Numbered from the stretch's first letter, positions 18,128 through 28,552 are shown. The stretch is 41,664 nucleotides of DNA from Nitrospira japonica (GCA_020725385.1 DYFC01000064.1:1-41664); one strand, 5' to 3'. A program made the numbers and translations. Notes: generated by a model from the letters alone, not told the origin.

Positions 18128-18856
18128 ATGGTAAAAATAAAAAATCTTCTACAAAATATCAATTTATTGAACATCTTTTTATTCCTGATATGTCTATATT
18201 TTGCAAATTATATATTGTTTCCTATTCTTTCTCTAAAAATATATTACACATTGCCATCAACAAAAGCTGCTGGAGAAGACATATCCAATGAGCTTTCCTC
18301 AAGCCAAAGGATTCCTTCTATGTCTGAATATACTTTAATTTCCGAGGAGAATGCTTTCCACCCGGAAAGGAAAATCCCGGTTGAAAAAAAAGCTGAAGAG
18401 CAACCTCCTCCACCACCAAAGCCCGAATTGGTATTGTATGGTACATTAATTACCGACGACATAAGTTATGCATATCTTGAAGATTTAAAGTCATTAAGAA
18501 ATACACCGGGCAGGGGTAGAAGACAGATAACCCTTAAAAAAGGCGATAGTCTCGGCGGTTTTGTTCTTAAGGAAATTGAAACAGATAAAATTACAATGGT
18601 AAGGGGTGATGAAAAACTAATAGTTGAAGTACGTAATACACAAAGGTCAAAGACCCAAGCACCTGTTCCTGCAACAGCTTCCTCAAAACAGCAGCCTGCT
18701 GCAACCTCTTCAAGAAGGCTTGTACCTCAAACCCCGGCCTCTTCTAATGTTATGGCTCCTTCTTCAGAATCTTCAAGCAGAGCAGTTATAAACCCTCCAC
18801 GCAATGCCGAAGAACAGACTATTATGGATTTTTTCAATAAAACAAAAACAGATTGA
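18128..18856 (+). CDS. GspC/PilP-like bitopic membrane protein
   Basis: N-terminal TM segment, NAFHPER, proline linker, LVLYGT...AYLED...KGDSLGGFVLKEIETDKI (HR-domain-like), low-complexity tail. Confidence 0.7.
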   Translation: MVKIKNLLQNINLLNIFLFLICLYFANYILFPILSLKIYYTLPSTKAAGEDISNELSSSQRIPSMSEYTLISEENAFHPERKIPVEKKAEEQPPPPPKPELVLYGTLITDDISYAYLEDLKSLRNTPGRGRRQITLKKGDSLGGFVLKEIETDKITMVRGDEKLIVEVRNTQRSKTQAPVPATASSKQQPAATSSRRLVPQTPASSNVMAPSSESSSRAVINPPRNAEEQTIMDFFNKTKTD

Positions 18857-18874
18857 AAAATCATTGCTTATATT

Positions 18875-20935
18875 ATGAATCTCGACAGGGTATTTCAAAC
18901 TGCTTTTGATTTCTATAAAAAGGGCGATATTCAAAGAGCCGAACAATCTTTCCGTAAATTACTCGAAAAGAAGCCAAATCATCCGGAATCCCTCCGTCTT
19001 CTTGGAATTATATTATTACAAACAGGTAAATTTAAATCAGCTATAGAAATCTTCCTGAAAGATATACGTCTTAATCCAAAAAATGCTGATGGCTATAATA
19101 ATCTTGGCCTGTCTTATTTTGGACTGGAACAATATGACAAAGCCATTGAATCTTTCAATCAGGCAATAAAACTGAATCCTTCCCACTTTCATGCTTATTA
19201 TAATCTCGCAAATTCTTATAAAAATTTAAGACAATTTGAAGAAGCGATCGAATGCTACAAAAAATCTCTGAATATAAATCCATATTTCGTTGAAGCACAT
19301 AATAATCTTGGAGATGTATATCAGGAAAAAGGCATGTTTGATGAAGCTATACAGAGTTATAAAAATGCTCTGAGAATCAATTCAAATTTCGGCAACATCT
19401 ATAATAATCTCGGGCTTGCGCTATACAAAAAAGGAGTTTTTGAAGAGGCATTAAGCTACTTTAAAAAGGCTCTGGAACTGAATCCAAAACTTGGCGATGC
19501 ATATAATAATATTGGCAATTATTTTTTCAATAATAATGAAATAGATAAAGCTATTGAATATTATTCAAAAGCCCTGAAATTAGAACAGAATTATGCCACA
19601 TATAATAATCTCGGGAATGCTTTCAAAGAAAAAGGTTTGCTTGAGGAGGCAATCAAATTTTATGAAAAAGCACTAAATGCCAATCAAAATGCAATAGACA
19701 CATCAATCGATTTGGGCGATGTGTTCAGAAAACAGGGAAAGCTTGATGAAGCTATATCACATTTTCAGAAACTACTCGATAATAATCCAAAAAATCCTGT
19801 TGTATATATTAATTTAGCGCTCGTATTTCAGGAAAAAGGACTATTCGATGAAGCTTTTAAATACTATAACAAAGCCCTTGAAATTAATCCAAATGTTGCT
19901 GAAGGTTATAATAATCTTGCCCTTGCTTTTATTGAAAATGGCCATTACGAAGAAGCCCGCTCAAATCTGGAAAAAGCTATCCAGATAAAACCAACCATGG
20001 CAAATGCACATTTTAATTTTGCAACTCTTTTATTGCTTGAAGGTGACTTTACAAGAGGCTGGGAAGAATATGAATGGAGATGGAATGCATCTGATTTCAA
20101 ATTTATGAAATTCAATTATTCACAACCTCAGTGGAACGGTGAAAAGTTTGAAGGATTAAAAATACTTTTGCACGCGGAACAGGGATTAGGCGATACGATT
20201 CATTTTATGAGATACATAAACCTTGTTCTGGAAAAGAATCTCGAAGTTATATTCAGGTGTCCGAAAGAATTATTAATACTGGCAAAATATTCTTTCCCGG
20301 AAATTCAAATAATCACCTTTGAAGAACCTCTGCCTGATTTTGACTTCCATTGTCCTTTAATGAGTCTTCCGTATGTATTTGAAACAACAATTGACAATAT
20401 ACCATCAAAAATACCATATATTAAAACAGAAAAGTCATTAATCGAGAGCTGGAACCAAAAAATCGGTAAAGACCCGAATTTCAAGATCGGCCTTGCATGG
20501 TCGGGTAATCCAAAATATAAAAGAGACCGGCATCGTTCATGTTCACTAAAAATTTTTTCCACGATTGCACAAATTGAAGGTATTTCATTATACAGTCTGC
20601 AAAAAGGACATGGTACCGAACAATTAAAGGAACTGCGCGATGAATTAAAAATTATCGACTTTGATAGTGAAATAAAGGATTTTTCAGATACTGCAGCTAT
20701 AATCGAAAATTTAGATCTTACTATATCCGTAGATACTGCAGTGGCACATCTTACAGGTGCAATGGGAAAACCTGTATGGACAATGTTGCCCTTTGTGCCA
20801 GACTGGAGGTGGATGCTGAACAGGGAAGACAGTCCATGGTATCCAACCATGCGTCTCTTCAGGCAGCATACTCCCGGCGACTGGGTTACGGTATTATCCA
20901 ATATAAAGAAAGAACTCAGATTAATACTCGGGTAG
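18875..20935 (+). CDS. TPR-repeat glycosyltransferase (GT-B, GT9-like C-terminus)
   Basis: About 11 TPRs, then GWEEYEWR, EQGLGDTI, SVDTAVAHL, DSPWYPTMRLFRQ. Confidence 0.88.
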   Translation: MNLDRVFQTAFDFYKKGDIQRAEQSFRKLLEKKPNHPESLRLLGIILLQTGKFKSAIEIFLKDIRLNPKNADGYNNLGLSYFGLEQYDKAIESFNQAIKLNPSHFHAYYNLANSYKNLRQFEEAIECYKKSLNINPYFVEAHNNLGDVYQEKGMFDEAIQSYKNALRINSNFGNIYNNLGLALYKKGVFEEALSYFKKALELNPKLGDAYNNIGNYFFNNNEIDKAIEYYSKALKLEQNYATYNNLGNAFKEKGLLEEAIKFYEKALNANQNAIDTSIDLGDVFRKQGKLDEAISHFQKLLDNNPKNPVVYINLALVFQEKGLFDEAFKYYNKALEINPNVAEGYNNLALAFIENGHYEEARSNLEKAIQIKPTMANAHFNFATLLLLEGDFTRGWEEYEWRWNASDFKFMKFNYSQPQWNGEKFEGLKILLHAEQGLGDTIHFMRYINLVLEKNLEVIFRCPKELLILAKYSFPEIQIITFEEPLPDFDFHCPLMSLPYVFETTIDNIPSKIPYIKTEKSLIESWNQKIGKDPNFKIGLAWSGNPKYKRDRHRSCSLKIFSTIAQIEGISLYSLQKGHGTEQLKELRDELKIIDFDSEIKDFSDTAAIIENLDLTISVDTAVAHLTGAMGKPVWTMLPFVPDWRWMLNREDSPWYPTMRLFRQHTPGDWVTVLSNIKKELRLILG

Positions 20936-21075
20936 ATTTTTACCTTTAATTTTCAAAATTTCTTGTTATATAATTAATAAATATATAAAATTAGCTGTTT
21001 CCCTCTTTTTTTCGGGAAGCATTCATCAAAAAATAATCTCGAAGATAAATTCTCTATATTGAAAGGAGATATCCA

Positions 21076-22647
21076 ATGCTTACAGTCTCAGTTGCAGTCT
21101 TTAATCCCAATCCTGAAATTTTTAATAATTTTCTTCGTTCATTAAAAACATATACACCAGAAATGACCCAGCTTCTTATTTTCGACAATGGCTCCGATTC
21201 AAAAGAATTTGTCGATATAGTTAAGAAATATTTTAACGATTCTACTACAGATAACAAGGTTAAATTAAAAATAACCCATAATAATAAAAATATTGGATTT
21301 GGCAGAGCGCATAATCAAAATCTCTCTTTTGCAAACAATAAATTTTTTGCAGTACTTAATGATGATATTGAATTCTTTGAAAACTGGGCATCTCCTATGA
21401 TTAAAATTCTGGATGAGAATCAAAAAGTAGCACAGGTTGGTCCAAAAAAAAATGTTTTTAATACTTTAAAAGGCGACAAAATCGGACAATGGGAAGATAC
21501 AGAAGAACCGGAATACTGCGAAGCTGTATGCTTTATTATGCAAACCTCGCTCGCAAAAAAATACCATCTCTTCGATGAAATATACCAATACGGTTATTTT
21601 GAAGATATGGACCTGTCATTACGGCTTAGAAAAGATGGTTATTCCATAAGGAATGCTGATATTAACTGGCAGCATCATCGGGGCACGACAACAATCAGAA
21701 TGATAGCAGAGAATTTTGACCTTCCCGGATATTACATTCTTAATGAATATAATTTCAAAAAGCGCTGGAATGCCTATGTTATGAAAGGAAGATTCGGTAG
21801 AACCATTGTTATTAAAAGAGCGGGAGATCTCGAGGATGTATTTCTTTTAACACCTGTAATTGAAGCCCTCAGAGAAAAAGAACCTGACAGTGTAATTTTG
21901 CTCATGACCAAAACTCCTGAATCGGTACAGGGATGTCACGACATAGATGGTTATGCCGGGTATAACAATCCAGTCCCCTGCGATGTGCTTTTTGATCTTG
22001 ATTATTCATATGAGAAAGATTTCCGCAAACATATTGTTGATGCCTATTCTGAAATCACAAATGTAATAACCAGAAAAAAATCCGGCACACTATATATAGA
22101 AAAAAATGACATGGAATATGTTGATAATCTTTTGAAGGATATTCACCTGCCTGTTGCACTTGATTTCAGTGATGCTCCGGACGGAAAAAGATGGAAAAGA
22201 CAGAATTATGTTGAATTAGGAAGAAAAATTAAACAGGCAGGATTCAGCATAATCACGGTAGGTAAAACTTCAGAACAAACAGCGGATTATCTTGATGCAG
22301 ATTTAAGTTTAATCAACGTGTTATCTTATCAACAAACAGCCCTGACAATAGCAAAGAGCAAGCTTTTCATAGGAACCGATGGACTTCTCGCGCATTTTGC
22401 ACAATCAACCAGGACTCCGAGCATTATTCTATATGGCTGCACACTTCCGGAATATGTTGCAGATATTTCTCTTTCTTCACTTTTTCCTATAGTATCTCCG
22501 GTTGCCTGCAAGGGTTGCAGACATAGATATGCGGCAGGAACAATTGTTGCGTGTCCGAGAAATTTCGCCTGTATGGAAGTAATCAAACCGGATGATGTAT
22601 TTGAAGCTTTCAAAGAGATAACAGCAAGGTTGAATATCGCTCCATAA
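21076..22647 (+). CDS. GT2 + GT9 fused glycosyltransferase
   Basis: FDNGS, NIGFGRAHN, LNDD, YFEDMD; then RAGDLEDV, FIGTDG..AH and CxxC...C..C. Confidence 0.82.
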   Translation: MLTVSVAVFNPNPEIFNNFLRSLKTYTPEMTQLLIFDNGSDSKEFVDIVKKYFNDSTTDNKVKLKITHNNKNIGFGRAHNQNLSFANNKFFAVLNDDIEFFENWASPMIKILDENQKVAQVGPKKNVFNTLKGDKIGQWEDTEEPEYCEAVCFIMQTSLAKKYHLFDEIYQYGYFEDMDLSLRLRKDGYSIRNADINWQHHRGTTTIRMIAENFDLPGYYILNEYNFKKRWNAYVMKGRFGRTIVIKRAGDLEDVFLLTPVIEALREKEPDSVILLMTKTPESVQGCHDIDGYAGYNNPVPCDVLFDLDYSYEKDFRKHIVDAYSEITNVITRKKSGTLYIEKNDMEYVDNLLKDIHLPVALDFSDAPDGKRWKRQNYVELGRKIKQAGFSIITVGKTSEQTADYLDADLSLINVLSYQQTALTIAKSKLFIGTDGLLAHFAQSTRTPSIILYGCTLPEYVADISLSSLFPIVSPVACKGCRHRYAAGTIVACPRNFACMEVIKPDDVFEAFKEITARLNIAP

Positions 22648-24176
22648 TGGAAACCGGTTCGCTTACTATAGTTTTTTCCACAAGAGAAGAAAATCCCGGC
22701 TTCATAAAACACCTGGAAGAAACCTCAGGAATTCATTCTATTGAGATTCTTCAATTTATAAACATGGGTGAATATTCACTCACAGAAATTTATAATAAAG
22801 GGCTTAATGAAGCTAAAAATGACATAATCGTGTTTTCCCACGATGACATAATTCTTGATAAAAAAGATAAATGGGCAGAAAAAATATTAAGTCATTTCAA
22901 TAAAAGTGAATTTGGGATAATCGGAAAAGCAGGCACTACCAGCCTTACAGAATCGGGACGCTGGTGGGATGAACCACATCTAATGGTCGGAGAGGTATGG
23001 CATCAACAAACAGATCCTAACACAGGAAAAATAAATAAATGGGAAAACAAATATAGCGGTAATTTTGGCAATAGAATTATAGAAACAATAATTATAGACG
23101 GTCTATTTTTTGCAGTTCATAGAAGAAGAATAAAAACACATTTTGATGAAGACTTCAAAGGTTTCCATTTTTATGATATAGATTTCAGCTTTGCAAATCA
23201 TCTTTCGGGAGTCAAAATAGGTGTTGTTTTCGATTTCGGAATTACTCATAAATCAATCGGCATAACAAATCAACAATGGGAAATGAATAGAGCAAAATTC
23301 GTTTCTAAATGGAAAAGTTTTCTTCCCTATAGCATAACTCCTGATATTATATACAATAATTTTAAAATAGAACTATCCACACAGCCAAAGCTCGCTGTTA
23401 TAATGAGAAGACATAATTCCGGGTCTTTGCTACGATGTATTAACAGTATTTCAAAGACAACATCATATGAAAATTACAAAATATATATAGCTGACAATAA
23501 ATTCAATCATGAGGAATCCGAAACCATTGAAGATATTTTAAAAGAAAACAAAAATATTATATTTCCTGATTACCACGATAAAAGTATTGTTAAAACTTAC
23601 AATTATATAGTTCAAAACCACGTCGATAAAGATGCAGAATTAATACTATTCTGTGAAGATAACATTGAATTATTAAACGACTCTTTAAGCAGATTTGTTG
23701 AAATTTATAATGACAGAAAACAATTGATAGGGACAATGGGGCTTAGACTCCATACAACAAATAATAAAATTTACCATGCGGGTATTTCATTATATGTCGA
23801 TAACAGTAATCGACTAAGAATATCTTTTTCAGGAAATGGAAGTTATTATTCATACAATCCCGGCATACAATATTACGTAACTGCAATAACAGGTTCTTTT
23901 ATGTTAGTAAGCAAGGAATTATTTTTCTCCCTTGGAGGATTTGCAGAATACTATCAGGAAGCATTTTATGATATTGAATTTAACTTAAGAGCAATTGTAT
24001 TCGGAAGAGCAAATTGTTTTGTAGGAGATGCTGTAGCATATTACCATACCCCTTTGGTCAAAGAAAATGATAGTTGTAATAATGAAAATTTCAATAAAGA
24101 TTTTCAAAAATTGATCAATTTCATAAATCAAAATTTAAATAACCAAAACATAATGCAGCATATACATTTTCTCTAA
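22647..24176 (+). CDS. Two-domain GT-A (GT2-like) glycosyltransferase
   Basis: YNKGL..AKNDIIVFSHDD, IDGLF, GFHFYDID; the second GT2 domain is degenerate (CEDN). Confidence 0.78.
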   Translation: METGSLTIVFSTREENPGFIKHLEETSGIHSIEILQFINMGEYSLTEIYNKGLNEAKNDIIVFSHDDIILDKKDKWAEKILSHFNKSEFGIIGKAGTTSLTESGRWWDEPHLMVGEVWHQQTDPNTGKINKWENKYSGNFGNRIIETIIIDGLFFAVHRRRIKTHFDEDFKGFHFYDIDFSFANHLSGVKIGVVFDFGITHKSIGITNQQWEMNRAKFVSKWKSFLPYSITPDIIYNNFKIELSTQPKLAVIMRRHNSGSLLRCINSISKTTSYENYKIYIADNKFNHEESETIEDILKENKNIIFPDYHDKSIVKTYNYIVQNHVDKDAELILFCEDNIELLNDSLSRFVEIYNDRKQLIGTMGLRLHTTNNKIYHAGISLYVDNSNRLRISFSGNGSYYSYNPGIQYYVTAITGSFMLVSKELFFSLGGFAEYYQEAFYDIEFNLRAIVFGRANCFVGDAVAYYHTPLVKENDSCNNENFNKDFQKLINFINQNLNNQNIMQHIHFL

Positions 24177-24220
24177 TTACTTAATTGTAATTATAACTAA
24201 CCAGTTTTAAACAAAACATA

Positions 24221-24509
24221 GACTCATCGTGAAAGTGAGTGGGTAAAAAATGATGAACATAGACTTCAATCTTGCTTGTAATAAGGATAAAAGAACATGG
24301 CAGGAGGTGGAAATATCCCAAAGGGTTAATCTTCTATTTGTCATTATCCGGCTTGACCGGATAATCCAGTATAAAGAAAATGGGAATCTTTCTCAACATC
24401 TGTATGTGTAAGCAAGTAAAACTGACGAGAAAATTTCTGGATTCCCCGATCAAGTCGGGGAATGACATAATTTATTATCGGTATTACCCACTCGATTACG
24501 CGAAGACCC
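24221..24509. mobile_element. MITE-like element with imperfect 26-bp terminal inverted repeats enclosing an inverted REP-like pair
   Basis: TIRs 24221-24246 and 24484-24509 match at 19/26. Palindromes lie at 24339-24369 and 24437-24467; 24432-24467 is identical to 10388-10423. Confidence 0.6.
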
Positions 24510-24543
24510 AAAATATATAAAAAGTCTTACTTAGAAGATAAAA

Positions 24544-26304
24544 ATGAATGCAAACGAAGCTATTGAGTTAGCACTAAAAGAACAAAAATCAGGAAATCTG
24601 AAAATCGCAGAAAACATATACAGAAAAATTCTTGAAGTTCAACCCGATAACGTTAATGCTCTACATTTTTTGGGCCTGATTTATTTTGAAAAAAAAGATT
24701 TTGACTCGGCTATAAAATACATTGGCGAAGCTTTGAATTTAGAACCAACTTATCACGAGGCATTATTAAATATGGGGGTAGTTTTACAGGCTAAAGGCAG
24801 TTTTGACGAAGCTCTGCAATACTTCCAAAAATCACTTCAATTCAATCCAGATTGTGCAGAAACCTTTAAAAACATAGGAACCATTCTTCAAGCAAAAGGT
24901 GATTATGATGAAGCTATAATAAATTACAAAAAGGCATTAGAAATAAATCCTGAATTACCGGATATATATAAAAATCTTGCCTATCTTTTTAGAGATAAAG
25001 GAATGCTTAATGAAGCAATAATCTTTTTTAAGAAAGCCCTGGAATATTATCCCGACCTTTCCGATATTCATAATAATCTTGGATTGGCTCTAAATGATAC
25101 CGGGAAAATCGATGAAGCAATAGAGTGTCTAAGAAATGCTATAAGATTAAATCCAGAAAATGCCGAGCTTTATAATAACATGGGGGTCATACTCCGGGAA
25201 AAAGGACTTTTTGACGAAGCCACAGGATGTTTTACACAAGCTATTATACTTAACAACAGATTTCTGGAAGCTTACAATAATATAGCCGTCTCCCTTAGAG
25301 AAAAGGGGCATATCGAAGAGTCAATATATTTTTTAAAAAAAGCACTGGATATTAATCCGGATTTTGCATCTGCACACTGGAATCTTGCTCTTATTTTTCT
25401 CTTAACAGGAAACTATCCTCAAGGATGGGAAGAATATAAATGGTTCTGGAAACTCAAAGGCACAAATGATTTTCATTTTTCCCAACCTCAATGGGATGGT
25501 TCCAAAATTGAAGGTAAAACTTTACTTGTATATGCCGAACAAGGATACGGCGATACAATACAATTTATAAGATATATACCTCTGATTACAGAGACCGGCG
25601 CTGAGGTTATTCTTCTTTGTCAGGAGGAACTCAAAGAATTATTTCTCAACTTAAGAAATCTAAAACAGGTTATAACTTTTGGTGAAAAATTACCGCATTT
25701 TGACTTTTATTGTTCAATTTTAATGCTTCCCGCAATATTTCAGACAACACTTGAAAATATTCCTGTGAATATACCATATATTTTTACAGAGCAATCACTT
25801 ATTAATGAATGGCATGAAAGACTTGATAATAATTCAAAACTTAAAATTGGTTTAGTATGGTCAAGCGGACATAGAAATTCTACACTTCGATTTAGGTCAG
25901 GCAATCTTAATTCTTTCTCTATGCTTACATCAATAGAAGGTGCCGAATTCTATAGTCTTCAAAAGGGTATTTCAAATGAAGAGGCAAATAATTTTTATCA
26001 AAAAATGAAAATTTATGATCTTACAAACAACATATCCAATTTTAATGATACAGCAGCTTTAATAATGAATCTTGATTTAATTATTTCTGTTGACACTTCT
26101 GTCGCGCATCTTGCAGGAGCATTGGGCAAACCTGTATGGGTGTTATTGCCCTCGGTGCCTGACTGGCGCTGGATGTTAAACAGGGAAGACAGCCCTTGGT
26201 ATCCTACAATGAGACTTTTCCGTCAAACAACACATGGAGACTGGGATACAGTGATAAAAAAGGTATATAATGCAATTTTAGACTTTATAAAAATCAAATC
26301 TTAA
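24544..26304 (+). CDS. TPR-repeat glycosyltransferase, paralog of 18875..20935
   Basis: About 8 TPRs; EQGYGDTIQF, SVDTSVAHL, DSPWYPTMRLFRQ. Confidence 0.88.
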   Translation: MNANEAIELALKEQKSGNLKIAENIYRKILEVQPDNVNALHFLGLIYFEKKDFDSAIKYIGEALNLEPTYHEALLNMGVVLQAKGSFDEALQYFQKSLQFNPDCAETFKNIGTILQAKGDYDEAIINYKKALEINPELPDIYKNLAYLFRDKGMLNEAIIFFKKALEYYPDLSDIHNNLGLALNDTGKIDEAIECLRNAIRLNPENAELYNNMGVILREKGLFDEATGCFTQAIILNNRFLEAYNNIAVSLREKGHIEESIYFLKKALDINPDFASAHWNLALIFLLTGNYPQGWEEYKWFWKLKGTNDFHFSQPQWDGSKIEGKTLLVYAEQGYGDTIQFIRYIPLITETGAEVILLCQEELKELFLNLRNLKQVITFGEKLPHFDFYCSILMLPAIFQTTLENIPVNIPYIFTEQSLINEWHERLDNNSKLKIGLVWSSGHRNSTLRFRSGNLNSFSMLTSIEGAEFYSLQKGISNEEANNFYQKMKIYDLTNNISNFNDTAALIMNLDLIISVDTSVAHLAGALGKPVWVLLPSVPDWRWMLNREDSPWYPTMRLFRQTTHGDWDTVIKKVYNAILDFIKIKS

Positions 26305-26319
26305 TCTTTTCAAAAAATT

Positions 26320-28404
26320 ATGGATATTAACTTAAAGATAAGACTTGCATATGATCATCTTCAGGCTGGAGATATTGAACAATCTATAAAGATATGCAGG
26401 GAGATTATAGCATATGAACCTTTAAATCCATATATTCTTGAGTTTCTCGGGATAATTTTTCATAAAAAAGGTGATTTACAGTCTGCAATCGAATATATCA
26501 GGAAAGCTGTAGAAATCAAACCTGATAGCAGTGAAACTTTGATTAATTTAGGAACGTTACTCGAACAACAGGGAAACTATTTTGAAGCCCAAGAATGTTT
26601 TGAAAAAGTCCTACGTATAAACCCTGAATCAATTATTGCAAAAAATAAATTGGGTTTGATTTTTCTAAAAACCGGGCAATTCTCCAAAGCTGTTTCTGTT
26701 TTTAAGCAACTCACAGAAATTTATCCATCATATGAAAACTACTTCAATCTCGGAATATCATATTATAGTAACAATGAAATCAATAATGCCTTGGAAAGTT
26801 TTAAGAAAGTTATCTCATTAAAACCTGATTTTTTAGATGCATATATTAATCTTGAATCAATTTTAAAAGAAAAAGGCCTGTTTGAGGAAGCAAAATATTA
26901 TCATAATCTGGCTATTAAAATAAAACACCCATTTGATACTTTACCTAATTCAACAGGTAATATTCATCAAGATTTATGCAATAAATGGATAAAATGCATG
27001 TCTATCTTTCCTTTAATTTATTCGGATGAAAACGAAATATTAAAAGTTAGAGAAGATTACACAACCCTATTACAGGATATATCAAATACAATTTTCAATT
27101 CTAATATTGATAGGATAAAGACACTTTACGATTATACAGGGAAATACAAACCTTTTTATCTTCCTTATCAGGGATTAAATGATAGAGAGTTACAGAAAAT
27201 ATACGGGAATGTCTTACATAAAATTATTTTATCCAAATATCCATTCCTGGCAAATGATAGTTCTAATGTTCCAAATCTTCAAATGGATAAAATTCGTATA
27301 GGATTTGTGAGCGGTTTTTTCTATTACCACTCTGTTTGGAAAATACCGGTTAGAGGCTGGATAGAAAATCTAAATAAGGATAAATTCTCTCTCTATGGAT
27401 ATTACACAGGAAATAAAAAAGACGATGAAACAAACTTTGCGCGAAAATGTTTTGATCATTTTTTTGAAGAGCTTCATGATTTTGAATCGCTTGCTAAAAA
27501 AATTCTCGAAGACCGTATTGATATATTAATTTATCCGGAAATTGGAATGGACCCCTTAGCATTAAAACTTGCTGCTGTTAGACTTGCTCCTGTACAATGT
27601 GCATCATGGGGACATCCTGAAACATCGGGGCTTCCAACAATAGATTATTTTATATCCGGAGAAATGCTCGAAATATCTAATGCAGATAATCATTATACCG
27701 AAAAATTAATAAGACTGCCAAATCTTTCGATTTTTTATAATCCTCCTAAATTTCAGAAAATCAACATGGGTAGAGAATCATTCGGGCTACGACAAAATTC
27801 TATTCTTTACCATTGCTGTCAGGCACTTTATAAATTTCTACCACAGTACGATGAAATTTTTCCAAAAATAGCAAGAGAGGTTGGTAACTGTCAGTTTATA
27901 TTTTCATCTTTCCCTTTCATAAGTAAAGCATTAGAAAAATTTCGGTTACGTCTTAATAATGTCTTTGCAAAATATAAATTAGATGCAGATAAATTTATTG
28001 TATTCCTTCCTCAACTCAACCCATTACAATATGATGCACTTAACCGCTTGAGTGATATTTTTCTCGATTGCATAGGCTGGTCGGGTTGCAATTCAGCACT
28101 TGAAGCTTTATCCCGTAATCTTCCTGTTATAACAATGCCCGGAGATTTAATGCGAAGCCGTGAAGGAGCTGCAATTTTGAATAAAATGGGCTTGGGAACA
28201 ACCATCGCAAATTCAATTGAGGAATATATAAGCCATGCTGTTATATTAGGAAATAATCCAAAATTCAGGAAAGAAATATCAGAGGAGATTGCCAATAAAT
28301 TTCATCTTGTATGCAATGATAAAACATCCATCACCGCACTCGAAAATTTTTTTACAAAAATGGTGGAAAATCGGTCATCAAAATCTAATGATAAAAAATG
28401 TTGA
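26320..28404 (+). CDS. TPR + GT41 (SPINDLY/OGT-like) glycosyltransferase
   Basis: TPRs, then RIGFVS..HSV, RLAPVQ..WGHPETSG..IDYF, LYK, DIFLD, PVITMPG..R. Confidence 0.85.
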   Translation: MDINLKIRLAYDHLQAGDIEQSIKICREIIAYEPLNPYILEFLGIIFHKKGDLQSAIEYIRKAVEIKPDSSETLINLGTLLEQQGNYFEAQECFEKVLRINPESIIAKNKLGLIFLKTGQFSKAVSVFKQLTEIYPSYENYFNLGISYYSNNEINNALESFKKVISLKPDFLDAYINLESILKEKGLFEEAKYYHNLAIKIKHPFDTLPNSTGNIHQDLCNKWIKCMSIFPLIYSDENEILKVREDYTTLLQDISNTIFNSNIDRIKTLYDYTGKYKPFYLPYQGLNDRELQKIYGNVLHKIILSKYPFLANDSSNVPNLQMDKIRIGFVSGFFYYHSVWKIPVRGWIENLNKDKFSLYGYYTGNKKDDETNFARKCFDHFFEELHDFESLAKKILEDRIDILIYPEIGMDPLALKLAAVRLAPVQCASWGHPETSGLPTIDYFISGEMLEISNADNHYTEKLIRLPNLSIFYNPPKFQKINMGRESFGLRQNSILYHCCQALYKFLPQYDEIFPKIAREVGNCQFIFSSFPFISKALEKFRLRLNNVFAKYKLDADKFIVFLPQLNPLQYDALNRLSDIFLDCIGWSGCNSALEALSRNLPVITMPGDLMRSREGAAILNKMGLGTTIANSIEEYISHAVILGNNPKFRKEISEEIANKFHLVCNDKTSITALENFFTKMVENRSSKSNDKKC

Positions 28405-28541
28405 AATTAGAAAGAGTTTAAAGCGATAGAACTCGAACCGAGCGTCTTTTCCGTCAGGCTTCTACCGGCAACTGGGATTCTATTTTTTCAGAAGTTCTGA
28501 ATGAATTAAATATATTCATTAGGAATAGGTCTCTTAAATGA
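28388..28541 (+). pseudogene. Collapsed relic of a third TPR-glycosyltransferase paralog
   Basis: FKAIELEPS (28417-28443, TPR-like) joined out of frame to RLFRQASTGNWDSIFSEVLNELNIFIRNRSLK* (28443-28541). Confidence 0.7.
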
Positions 28542-28552
28542 TAAAATTCATT

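Noticed and set aside
18875-26304. TPR repeats or paralog similarity as a DGR template/variable repeat pair
   Set aside because: Differences are ordinary, largely synonymous divergence rather than adenine-specific, and no reverse transcriptase is present.
28425-28455. tRNA fragment or att site (GGTTCGAGT on the minus strand)
   Set aside because: The T-stem does not pair; the sequence is better explained as the TPR-GT coding relic.
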